NCBI RefSeq assembly: GCF_009914755.1
Contig: NC_060930.1
Strand: one strand, 5' to 3'
Source of the DNA: the human T2T-CHM13v2.0 reference genome, Homo sapiens
Length of the DNA: 64,000 nt
In this document: in pieces, positions 25,928-37,741 of the stretch
Numbering within the stretch: the first letter of the stretch is position 1
Layout: each line of letters begins with the position of its first letter
Notes under the pieces: model-generated
What the model was told of the DNA's origin: nothing
The model's input: the letters and a program-made list of their open reading frames with translations, nothing else
The model's database searches: none
Made by a program: the position numbers and the translations under genes

Positions 25928-27644
25928 CTGGTTCCCCAGCTATCTTTCTCCTCTACCAGTTTCTTCAAGACTTTCTGGTATCAACACTAATAAGTATTTA
26001 GTGTTTTCAGGTTTGGTCCGAAATTGCTCAAAATCAAGTCTTAAAAATATCACGTTCTCAACTACATTTTATTGCTTTTGTCATGTCAATTTCCCTGCTA
26101 CTAGTATGCAAATATGAGGTCCTTGGGAAGTTCTGCTTTCAGTAAGAATGTATTTGGAAAGACCATCTATGAAATCACATCTTATCTATACTCCTGAGTT
26201 AGAAGGTTTTAAACCTCCTTAATTTTAGGTATAAAAAGAATACCTTCTGACGTTCTCTAATTATTGCCTTACAGAGATTTCTGTTTTAAGAGGTAAACAT
26301 TAATTCCTAATCTTGGGTTGAATTTTAACTGATTGCTGACCTTTACTCTACTAATGGTAATATTGATAGGAACAATTTAGCTTATTAATGAATAGAAACA
26401 AGGTACAGGCATTACAAATAAGAGTCACAGTCGATGGAATATGGATTTATAGGAATCAAGGGCAATTTTAGTCACAGCCCTTTTTACCTCCTGAAAGGCA
26501 TCCTTTTTATCAGTCCTGTAGTTGCACTTTTTATACAAAATGTGTAGTCATTAAGATATATTCTAAAGATATTATTGTTGAGATCTAGTCATAGAAAGTA
26601 CATTATACAGCGACATTAGAGCCTGAGAGAGGATAAGATAGTTAAACAAAAAAGCTCACTGCAGTGTGTGAAAAAGTGTTTTGAAGGTCATTTGCACTTA
26701 AATAAAGTTTGCTTCTCCATTATACAAGTTAAAGTTTTAAAACATGCAGCAATAGAGGAATGAGAGTCCGCTTATGACCTTGGACAGTTTATTAGTGCCA
26801 GTAGTCCATCTTAGTTTTCATGTAATACTCATCATATTCTGGTCAAGAAGAAGGATTTTGTGTATCTCTGTGATTACTGCCACAAGATCGTCAGTTTGGA
26901 GAAAACAAGTAGTTGTCTCTGTTAAATGCCTCAGCCATGCAGAAAACAAATTTTTCTCAAAATCTTAAAAAGCACTAATCAGCTACTTCTTCTCTCTAGC
27001 TTTAACAAGCATGGCAATTCATTTAAGTTCAATTTAATGGGCATTTTATTAAGCATCTACCACATGCTTTCATGAAGTGTTCTGAATACTATAAAGGTAG
27101 TAGAAGGTAATGTTTCTGTCCTTCAGAAACCTTAATATTCAAACAGAATTAGAACAAACTGGGCAGAAATCCAGAAATAATTTTTCAACTTTTCTTGTTT
27201 TTTAAAACAATGATTTATGTTAGCTCCTCCAGGTGGGGCCAGCTTTACATGGCCCACATTTACATAATAGCTTTCCTTTTGCTTCTTTTGTTGTCGTAAG
27301 TCATTGTTTGTCTATAGCATTTTATGGTTCTCTGGTGAGTACCTCCCTCCTTTATATAAAATGAAGGTGATCTGGTATCTTCCAAAGCATAAATGTAAAG
27401 TTGAGGATAGTATCAATATCCGAGAGAATGAAAAAACAGAACTACAAGACAGAAGCAAGAAATATCCACTCCTGCCTCTGTTGCTCGTTTATTAAGGACA
27501 GGGAGGCTGTGGAGCTGGAGATAGGGCATTATTGTGTAAAATGTTTCAGTATTGAATAGTGGCTCTCAGTTGGCCCTGACATTTTCCCTTTCTAGGTCAG
27601 GCTTGTCTCTCATAAATATTATGTAGACAAAAAAAGGTCCCATT

Positions 27645-29350
27645 CTTAATGGCCAAAGCAATCCTCAGCAAAAAGAACAAAGATGGAAATATCATATTAC
27701 CTGACTTCAAATTATACTACAGAGTTTAGTAACCAAAATAGTATGGTGCTGGCATTAAAATAGACATACAGACCAATGAGACAGAATAAAGAAATAAATT
27801 TACACATTTACAGTCAAACCCAGAAATAAATTCACAGATATACAATAAATTCATTTTCAACAAAGGTGCCAAGAACACACATTAAGGGAAGGGACAGTCT
27901 TTTCAACAAATGGTGCTAGGAAAACTGGATATCCAAATTCAGAAGAATGAAACTAGACCCCTATGTCTCACCGTATACAAATATAAAATAAAATGGATTA
28001 AAGACTTAAATGTAAGACCTGAAACCATGAAACTATGAGAAGAAAACATTGGGGAAATGCTTAGGACATTGATGTGGCAAATGATTTCTTGAGTAAGACA
28101 GCAAAAGCACAGGCAATCAAAGCAAAAATGGACAAATGGGATTACATCAAGCTATAAAGCTTCTGCACAACAAAGAAAACAATCAACAAACTGGAAAGAC
28201 AACCTACAAAATGACAGAAAATATTTAGAAGTATTCAACTGACAAGGGATAAAAACCAGGATATAAAAGCAACTCAAACAACTCAATAGCAAAAAAACAA
28301 ATAATTTAATTTGTAAATGGGCAAAAGGTCTAAATAGATGCTTTTCAAAAGAAGACATACAAATAGCCAACAGGAATATGCAAAAATGCTCAACATCACT
28401 AATAATCAGAGAAATGCAAATCAATCCACAATGAGATATTATTTTACCCCAGTTAAGATGCCCTTTATCAAAAAATAATGAATGTTGGTGAGGATGTAAA
28501 GAAAGGAGAATGCTTGTACCCTGTTGGTGGGAATGTAAATGTGGGAGACTATTGTATAAAATGTTTATACACATTTTTATAACACAGGGAAAACAGTATG
28601 AAGATTCAAAGAAAACAGTATGAAATTTCCTCAGAAAACTAAAAATAGAACTACTTTGTGATTCAGAAATCTCACTGCTGGGTATATATCCAAAAGCAAG
28701 GAAATCAGTATATTGAAGAGATATCTACACTCTCATGTTTATTGCAGCACTATACACAATAGCTAAAATATTTGAAATAAATCTGTGTCCATCAACAGAT
28801 GTATGGGTAAAGAAAATGTGGTGTGTGTGTGTGTGTGTGTGTGTGCATGTGTGTGTATGCAATGGAATATTATGCAGCCATACAAAAAAAATCCAGTCAT
28901 TCACAATGCCATGGATGGAACTGAAGGATGTTTCATTGTAAAATAAGCCAGACATAGAAAGACAAATATCTCATGTTCTCACTAACATGTGGGAGCTAAA
29001 AAACTTGATCTCATGGAGGTGAGAATAGAATGATGGTTACCAGAGGCTGAGAAGTGCAGTGGGGAGGCGAGGATAAAGAGAGGTTGGCTAATGTGTACAA
29101 AAATTACAGTTAGATAGTAGGAGTGAGAACTAGTGTTCTGTAGCACAATAGGAATGATTATAGTTAACAATAATGCATAATGTATTTTAAAATAACTGAA
29201 GGAATGCATTTGGAATGTTCCCAACACAAACAAATGATTAATGTTTAAAGTATTAGATATCCCAATTACCCTGATTTGATCATTACACATTCTTTCTTGT
29301 ATCAAAATATCACATGTACCCCATAAACATTTATAATTATTATGTAATCA
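27645..29350 (+). mobile_element. L1MA3/4-like 5'-truncated LINE-1
   Basis: ORF2 3' part from gccaaagcaatcctcagcaaaaagaacaaag; L1MA 3' UTR (tgttcccaacacaaac...cccaattaccctgatttgatcattacacatt); internal (TG)n at 28822-28856. Confidence 0.9.
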
Positions 29351-29369
29351 TGATGTAATCACCACACAT

Positions 29370-29516
29370 AATGAATACCTTCCCAAGGTTAGTTTGACCT
29401 ACGCCCAGGAATGAAAAAGGAGAGCTTAAAGGTTAGAAGCAAGATAGAATATGTTAGGTCTGATCTCTTTCACTGTCATAATTTCCTCAGTTTTAAATTT
29501 TGCAAAGGTGGTTTCC
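29370..29516 (-). mobile_element. LTR8 5' fragment
   Basis: Reverse complement reads gaaaccacctttgcaaaatttaaaactgaggaaattatgacagtgaaagagatcagacctaac. Confidence 0.8.
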
Positions 29517-29679
29517 ATAACTTTAAAAAACGTTCGCTCTTTTTTTGAGCCAATCAAACTATGTTTTCAATAATTTATTCAGGGATCTAAGGGCCACAGA
29601 TCCAAGGGAAGTAAATGGGTGCTGACACTCACTTCTTAGAGTATGCATCAAAGATGTCCTAAACTAAGAGTAATGGCAA

Positions 29680-30178
29680 TGTAAAAGAAAAATTACATCA
29701 AACCAGCTCAAACCAAAACAGTCAAGAAAGACTTTCTTTAAGACTAATGCAATAGGGAAGAAAGACTGAACCCAACTCTACTGAAACAAAAGTCAGCAAG
29801 ATTTTTAAATGCTGGAATGAGCTAATGGGACATTACTAGAGGACTTCAGGGAGAAGGCTGGGGAATGTGATTTGGCCATCTGTGTTTGCTAGTTATCTCT
29901 TATTGAAATTAGCTCCTACTCTACCATACAGACTGAGAGACAAGGATGCTATCTGTTTCAATGATTACATTTCAAAAGGATGGATCCCATGTTCTTGAGA
30001 AAGATATTTCTGGGTTGTGGAAGATTTATATCTCAAAGGGGGAAAAAAAAGAATTTACAGCTGCAAGTTTTCTAAAGTAAATGTCCTAAGAAAAGGGAGG
30101 CCAAGGGCCTATATTCAAGAAGGTCCTAGATCTAAAGTTTAGTCAAGGTGAGGGGGAACATTAAGGCTGTCTTGGTCA
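29680..30178 (-). mobile_element. ERV1 solo LTR (MER67A/B/D-like)
   Basis: Reverse complement starts tgaccaagacagccttaatgttccccctcaccttgactaaactttag; about 500 bp. Confidence 0.72.
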
Positions 30179-30209
30179 CAAAGATAAATGTAAAATACAT
30201 CTTAGACTG

Positions 30210-30484
30210 TTTAGGTGGTTGAAGCAGTATTGCTTCAGCCTATTCGTTTGAGACCAGCCTCAGCAACAAGGCAAGACCCTGTCTCTACAAAAAAAGTAAA
30301 AATAAAAAATTAGCCAGGCATGGTGGTGTGCACCTGTGGTCTTAGCTACTCTGGAGGCTGAGGCAGAAGGATCACTTGAGCCTGGGAGTTTGCGCCTGCA
30401 ATGAGAGGTGTTCGTGCCACTGCACACTAGCTTGGGCAACAAACAGAGACCTTGTCTTAAAACAAAACAAACACACAAAAAAAA
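30210..30484 (+). mobile_element. AluJ, 5'-degenerate
   Basis: Dimeric Alu with A-rich linker and tail; followed by CT-rich low complexity at 30488-30626. Confidence 0.88.
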
Positions 30485-30680
30485 GGATTTTTTTCTTTCT
30501 CTCCCTCCTTTCCCCTTTCTTCTTCTTCCTCTCTCCCTCCTTCTCTTCCCTGCTCTTCCCTGACACAATACTCTCTCTTTCCCTTTCTCTTTTTCTACCT
30601 CTTTCTTTCTTCATCTTTTCTTTTTTAATCTATGAAACCAAGCCTTAGTACATCCAATACATTAATATAGTAGCCTTTTT

Positions 30681-30723
30681 GGATGTGAGGGTGATCTAGC
30701 TGTGATCGCCAGAGATGATTCAG
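30681..30723 (+). pseudogene. 7SK RNA 5' fragment (about nt 1-61) with internal 18-nt deletion
   Basis: ggatgtgagggtgatctagctgtga matches 7SK nt 1-25 (22/25); tcgccagagatgattcag then matches nt 44-61 (15/18), against recalled RN7SK. Confidence 0.75.
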
Positions 30724-30739
30724 AATTCAAATTTTTTTA

Positions 30740-31204
30740 TCTATTCAGAATTTTTTTCCATGTTTTCTTCCATCATTTTGTAGTTTCATGTCTTAAATAT
30801 AAGTCTTTAATTCATCTTGAGTTAATTTTTGTATATATAGAGAGATACAGGTCCAATGTCATTCTTCTGCATGTGGCTATCCAATTTTTCCAGGCACTAT
30901 TTATTGAATAAAGTGTCCTCTCTTCAGTGTATATTTTTGTTGATTTTATCAAATATCAGTTGGCTGTATATTTGTGGCTTTATTTCTGGGTTCTCTAATC
31001 TGTTCCATTGATTTATGTGTCTGTTTTTATGCCAGTACTTTGTTGTTTTGGGTACTATAGCCTTGGATGATAATTTGAAGACAAGTAAAGTGATGCCTTC
31101 CACTTCATTCTTTTTGTTTAAGATTTCTTTGGCTGCTCAGGCTCTCTTTAAGTTCCATATGAATTTTAGGATGTTTTTTTCTAACTATGAATAATGACAC
31201 TGGT
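30740..31204 (-). mobile_element. Older L1 ORF2 fragment, left part (split by L1PB)
   Basis: catcttgagttaatttttgtata...ttccatatgaattttaggat; continues at 38941 after TSD gacactggt. Confidence 0.88.
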
Positions 31205-34200
31205 GAGAGGGTGTGTTAAGACAGCAGATAAGAGACAGGGCTAATATGCAGCTCTGACTTGGATGAACAGAACAGCATGTGGAGACTCACAGTATGAACT
31301 TTTGTCCAAGAACCACAGTAGGAACATACCAAGAAAACAGAAAAAAATCACAGATCCTTTGAATGTTACTGCAAATTCTACAAGGCAGGTGAAAAACTGT
31401 GACTTCCCAAAATGTGAGAGTGGGAAACCTGACTTTGAACATACATCTCAACTGGAGAATCTGAAAATCCACATCACAGGAGAAGGATTTGTACCTTACC
31501 TAGATCTTACATGGATTTAGGGAGCTGTGTGAAATATAAAAGTAGAAGCAGCAGTGGAAAGTGCCTTACAGGCACTCCCAGTCTCCAGCTCAAGCCCAGG
31601 GAAGCCATCCCTGACTATCTCTCACAGGGGCCCTCAGGGAAGGCAGCAAGGGTAACTAGAAAGGGGGTCAGAGGGCAAAAGAATCTTCCAACTGAAATTA
31701 GTAACAATTTTGACTGAGCATGAATTTTCTTGAGCAGAATCTGGGGAGAAAATGGGAACTACTGCAGATATAAGCATAGGAGTTGCTGCTGACAGAGTGG
31801 GCATATGGGGAAGTGTGAGGTCCAAAAGCCATGCTTGCTTTCTTGGAAGGGAAGCTCATGGCATGGGGCAGGGTCTGATTGGGGCACTGTGGGAGTGAGA
31901 CTAGCCTCAACAACTGCATGGGAGCTGGGTGAGGCCTCTCGCTACTGGCTATCCCTCACTTCCCTGGCACAGCAAAGGCAGCCAAAATCCCCTCTGGAAC
32001 ATAACTCCATGGGTCTGAGAACCACCCTCCCGTTCCCCACAGTGGCAACAATAAGCCCTGCCCAAGGAGAGTCTGAGCCCAGACCCTCCTAATCTTGACC
32101 CCAGCTGATGGTGTTTTTCTACCCACCCTTGTAGCCAAACACAAAAGATAGACTCTCTTAGGGGCTTTATGGCCCTGCCCATCACCTGAGAAGCTAAAAT
32201 ACTTACACTGGAAAAATTAGAGCAAGCTTAGATCCCCCTATTTCTGCTGCAGCTGGTGCTCTCTTTAAAATGCCACCTCCTGGCTGGAGGCCAGTCAACT
32301 CAGGCCATTATAGCAACTCATGACAGACTAACCCTGATCCCAGAAAAGAGAAATCAACAGCTAATTCCACTGCCTGCAACATCCTGGCTAATCAGAGGTC
32401 CATGCGACAACTTCACAGCTAGCATAACCAGCATTCAAGGAAGCCAGCACACTAAACATATCTACAACCAAAGACTTCCACAGAGTCCATGGCACTCTCC
32501 TAGCACCTCCACCAGAGCAGGTGCTGGTATCTACAGCTAGAAGACCTGAAGACAGATCTCATTACAGAACTCTTCACAGACATTCTGCAGCATCAGCCCA
32601 GAGCCTGGTAGCCTGGCTGGGTGGCTAGATTCAAAAGAACAATAACAATCATTGTAGTCTGGCTCCTGGGAAGTCCCATCCCTAGGGGAAAGACGAGAAC
32701 ACCATGCCAAGGAATTACCCCATGAGACAAAAGAATATGAACAGCAGGCCTTGAGTTCCAGACCTTTCCACTGAAATAGTCTACCCAAATGATAAGGAAC
32801 TAGAAAAGTAATTCTGGTATTATGACAAAACAGGGTTTTATAGCACACCCAACAGATCACACTAGATCTTCAGCAATGGTTCCAAACCAAGAAGAAATCT
32901 CTGTAGTTCTAGATAAAGAATTCAGAAAGTTGATTAATAAGGTACTCAAGGAGATCCCAGAGAAAGGTGAAATCCAACTTAATGAAATTTAAAAATCAAT
33001 ACAGGATATGGATGAAAATTCTCCAGAGAAATAGAAAAGAAAAACAATCACAACTTCCAGAAATGAAAGACACATTCAGTGAAATACAAATTACAGTGCA
33101 AAGTTTTAGCAATAGACTAGAACAAGTAGAAGAAAGAAATTCAGAGCTCAAAGACAAGGTTTTTAAATTAAGCCAGTCAGACAAAAACAAAGAAGAAAGA
33201 ATTTTAAAAAACAAAGCCTCCAAGAAATTTTGGATTATGTTAAATGGCCAAACCTAAGAATAACTGTTGTTCCTGAAAAAGAAGAGAAATCTTAAAGTTT
33301 GAAAAACTTATTTGAGGGAATGATTGAGGAAAACTTCTTTGACCTTGTAAGAAATCTAGACATCATCTAAATACAAGAAGCTCAAAGAACACCTGGCAAA
33401 TTCATTGGAAAAAAATCATCACCCAGGCACATAGTCATCAAGTTATCTAAAGTCAAGATGAAGGAAATAATTTAAGAGCTGTGAGACAAAAGTATCAGAT
33501 AACCTATAGAGGAAAACCTATCAGATAAACAGCAGATTTCTCTGCAGAAACTTTACAGCTCAGAAGGGATTGGGGTCCCATCTTTAGCTTCCTAAAACAA
33601 AATAATTGTCCGCCAAGACTTTTGTATCCAGAAAAACTAAGCTTCATAAACAAAGGAGAGATAAAGTCTTTTTCAGACAAACAAATGCTGAAGAGTTCAC
33701 CACTACCAAAAGCATACAAGAACTGGTAACAAGAGTTCTATATCTTGATACAAAACCTTAAAATACACCAAAATAGAATCTTCTTAAAGCATATGTCTCA
33801 CAGGGCCTATAAAATAATAACACAATGAAAAAAAAACAAGGTATTAAGGCAACAACTAGCATGATGAACACAACAGTACCTCACATCTCAATACAAACAT
33901 TGAATATAAATGGCCTAAATGAGCCACTTAAAAGATACAGAATGGCAGAATAGATAAAAATCCATCAACCAAGTACCTGCTGTCTCCAAGAGACTCACCT
34001 AATATATAATGACTCACATAAACTTATGGTAAAGGGGTGGAAAAAGATATTCCATGCAAATGGAAACCTAAAGCATGCAGAAGTAGCTATTCTTATATCA
34101 GACAAAACAGACTTTACAGCAACAACTGTAAAAAAGACAAAAAGGGACATTATATAATGATAAAAGGTTTAGTTCAACAGGAAAAGATCACAATCTAAAT

Positions 34201-36326
34201 ATATATGCACCTAATACTGGAGGTCTCAGATTAATAAAACAATTACTACTAGACCTAATAAATGAAATAAATGGCAATGCAATAATAACAAGGGACTTTG
34301 ATATTCCACTGACAGCAATAGTTCATCTAGACAGAAAGTCAATAAACAATGGACTGAAACTATACCCTAGAAAAAAATGGACTTAACAGACGTTTACAGA
34401 ACACTTGACCCTACAACTGCAAAATACACATTCTTTTCTTCAGTACAGGGAACATTCTCCAAGATACACCATATAATAGGTCACAAGACAAGTCTCAATA
34501 AATTTAAGAAAATTGAAATTATATCAAGTATCCTCTCAGACCACAGTGGAATAAAACTGGAAATTAACCCCAAAAGGAACTCTCAAAATATACAAACACA
34601 TGCAAAACCTCTGGGAGACAGCATACATTGTACAAAAGCAGTACTAAGAAGAAAGTTAATAATATTACATTCTTACATCAAAAAGCTGAAAGAGTGTAAA
34701 TAGATAGTGTAAGGTCACATCTCATGGAATTAGAGAAACAAAAAGAAACCAAACCCAAATCAGCAGAAGAAAAAATTTAACAAAGATAAATTCAGAACTA
34801 AATGACATTGAAACAACAAAAAATACAAAAGATAAATGAAATAAAAAGCTGGTTCTTTGAGAAGATATACCAAATTGATAGATCATCAGAAATATTAACC
34901 AAACAAAGAAGAGAGAAGATCCAAATAAGCTCAGTTAGAAATGAAATGGGAGATATTAAAACTGATATCACAGAAATACAAACGGATTGTCCAAGGCTAC
35001 TACAAACACCTTTATGAGCACAAACTAGAAAATCTAGAAGATGCAGATAAATTCCTGGAAATATCCAACTCTCCTAGATTAAATAAGGAAGAAATAAAAA
35101 AATCTGAACAAACATATAACAAGTAGCGAGATTGAATCAGTAATAAAAACAATTGCCAACAAATAAAAGTTCAGGACCAGATGGATGCACAGCTAAATTC
35201 AATGAGACATTCAAAGAAGAATCAGTACCAATCTTACTGAAATTATTTCAAAAGATAAAGAGGGAATCTCCCCTGAATAATTCTATAGAGCCAGTATCAC
35301 CCAAATACAAAACCAGGAAAAGACATAACAAACAAACAAAAAAAACTACATATCAATATCCCTGATGAATACAGATGCAAAAATCCTCACAAAAATACTA
35401 GCTAACCAAATCCAAAAGCATATCAAAAAGATAATACATCAAGATCAAGTGAGTTTCATAACAGGGATGCAGCGATGGTTTAACATATGCAAGTCAATAA
35501 ATGTGATAGACCACATAAACAGAATTAAAAGTAAAAGTCATGATCATTTTAATAGATACAGAAAAAGCATTTGATAAAATCCAGTATACCTTTATGATTA
35601 AAGCCCTCAGCAAAATTGGCACAGAAGGGACATACCTCAAGGTAATAAAAGCCATCTATGAAAAACCCACAGCCAACATTACATTAAACAGGGAAAACTT
35701 GAAAGCATTCCCCTTGAAAACTGGAACAAGACAAGGATGCCCACTTTCACCACTTCTATTCAACATAGTACTGGAAGTCCTAGCCAGAGTAATCAGACAA
35801 AACAAAGAAATAAAGGGCATTCAAATTGGTAAAGACAAAGTCAAACTGTCGCTGTTTGCTATTTATATGATTGTGTACCTAGAAAACCCTAAAGACTCAG
35901 CCAAAAAGCTCCTAGATCTGATAAATAAATTCAGTAAAGTTTCAGGATACAAAATCAATGTACACAAGTCAGTAGCACTGCTGTACACCAACAATGATGA
36001 AGCTGAGAAACAAATCAAGAACTCAATCCCTTTTACAACAGCTGCAAAAAAATAAAATACTTAGGAATATACTTAACTAAGGAAGTAAAAGATCTCTACA
36101 AGGAAAACTACAAAACACTGCTGAAAGAAAGCATAAATGACACAAACAAATGGAAACACATTCCATGCTCATGGATGGGTAGAATCAATATTATGAAAAT
36201 GACCATACTGCCAAAAGCAATACACAGATTCACTGCAATACCATCAAAGTATGCCCATCATCATTCTTCACAGAACTAGAAAAAAAAGAAACAACTTAAA
36301 ATTGATATGGAACCATAAAAGAGCCA

Positions 36327-36631
<305 letters not shown>

Positions 36632-36926
36632 TAAAAGAGCCTGCATAGCCAAAGCAAGACTAAGCAAAAAGAACAAACCTGGAAGTATCACATTACTCAA
36701 CTTCTAACTATACTACAAGGCTATAGTTTACAAAACAGAACAGTGCTGGTATTAAAAAAGACACATAGACCAATGGAACACAATAGAGAAGCCAGAAATG
36801 ATGCCAAATACTTACAGCCAACTGATCTTTGACAAAGTAAACAAAAACATAAAGTGGGTAAAGGACACCCTATTCAACAAATGGTGCTGGGATAATTAGC
36901 AAGCCATATGTAAAAAAATGAAACTG

Positions 36927-37452
36927 TATTACTCCTACTGTTAACCCAACACAGGCATGCCCATAAGGAAAGGTTAAAAAAAGTAAAAGGAACTCGGCAA
37001 ATCTTACCCCGCCTGTTTACCAAAAACATCACCTCTAGCATTACCAGTATTAGAGGCACCGCCTGCCCAGTGACATATGTTTAACGGCCGTGGTACCCTA
37101 ACCGTGCAAAGGTAGCATGATCACTTGTTCCTTAAATAGGGACTTGTATGAATGGCTCGACGAGGTTTCAGCTGTCTCTTACTTTCAACCACTGCAACTG
37201 ACCTGCCCGTGAAGAGGCGGACATAATACAACAAGACGAGAAGACCATATGGAGCTTCAATTTACCAATGCAAACACACCCAATAAGCCCACAGGCTCTA
37301 ACCTACCAAACCTGCATTAAAAATTTCGGCTGGGGCGACCTCGGAGTATAACCCAACCTCCGAGCAACATATGCTGAGACTTCACCAGTCAAAACGAGTT
37401 ACCACGTACAATTGATCCAATAATTTGACCAACGGAACAAGTTACCCTAGGG
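36927..37452 (+). pseudogene. NUMT: mitochondrial 16S rRNA (MT-RNR2) fragment, roughly m.2410-2935
   Basis: Conserved 16S motifs cgcctgtttaccaaaaacat, gtgcaaaggtagcat, agacgagaagacc, tggggcgacctcggag, aagttaccctaggg; several substitutions relative to human mtDNA. Confidence 0.97.
37152..37226 (+). CDS. MTRNR2L9: Humanin-like 24-aa sORF [24 protein letters not shown] (humanin-like 9)
   Basis: Intact ATG (37152) to TAA (37226); homologous to humanin [24 protein letters not shown]; peptide matches my recollection of HN9. Translation cannot be shown from sequence. Confidence 0.8.
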   Translation: [24 protein letters not shown]

Positions 37453-37741
37453 GCGTGGTAGCTCATGCCTGTAATCCCAGTGGTTTGAGAGGCTGAGGCA
37501 GGTGGATACCTGAGATCAGGAGTTTGGGACCAGCCTGGCCAACATGGTGGGTGTTGGCCCATCTCTACTAAAAATACAAAAATTAGCTGGGTGTGGTGGC
37601 GGGGGCCCGTAATCCCAGCTGCTTTGGAGGCTGAGGCGAGATAATTGCTTGAACTCAGAAATGGAGCTTGCAGTGAGCAGAGATCATGCCATTGCACTCC
37701 AGCCTGGGCAACAAGGGCGAAATACCATCTCAAAAAAAGAG
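37451..37741 (+). mobile_element. AluSq-like, lacking the first ~4 nt, fused directly to the NUMT
   Basis: Starts gggcgtggtagctcatgcctgtaatccc; ggcaacaagggcgaaa; tail followed by aaaagaatgaaactg. Confidence 0.93.

Noticed and set aside
20355-29350. One twin-primed inverted L1
   Set aside because: The minus and plus pieces are separated by 3 kb of unrelated DNA, about 1 kb of ORF2 is missing between them, and no TSD is seen.
25254-30178. Two MER67-like LTRs forming a provirus
   Set aside because: Opposite orientation, different lengths, divergent sequences and no internal region.
37000-37375. Intact SHLP1 and SHLP5 antisense ORFs
   Set aside because: By my reading the expected start codons are ATA or shifted, so they are not open in the nuclear code.
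36927-37452. Mitochondrial contamination or a functional rRNA gene
   Set aside because: Partial, diverged from human mtDNA and embedded between TSDs in nuclear L1.
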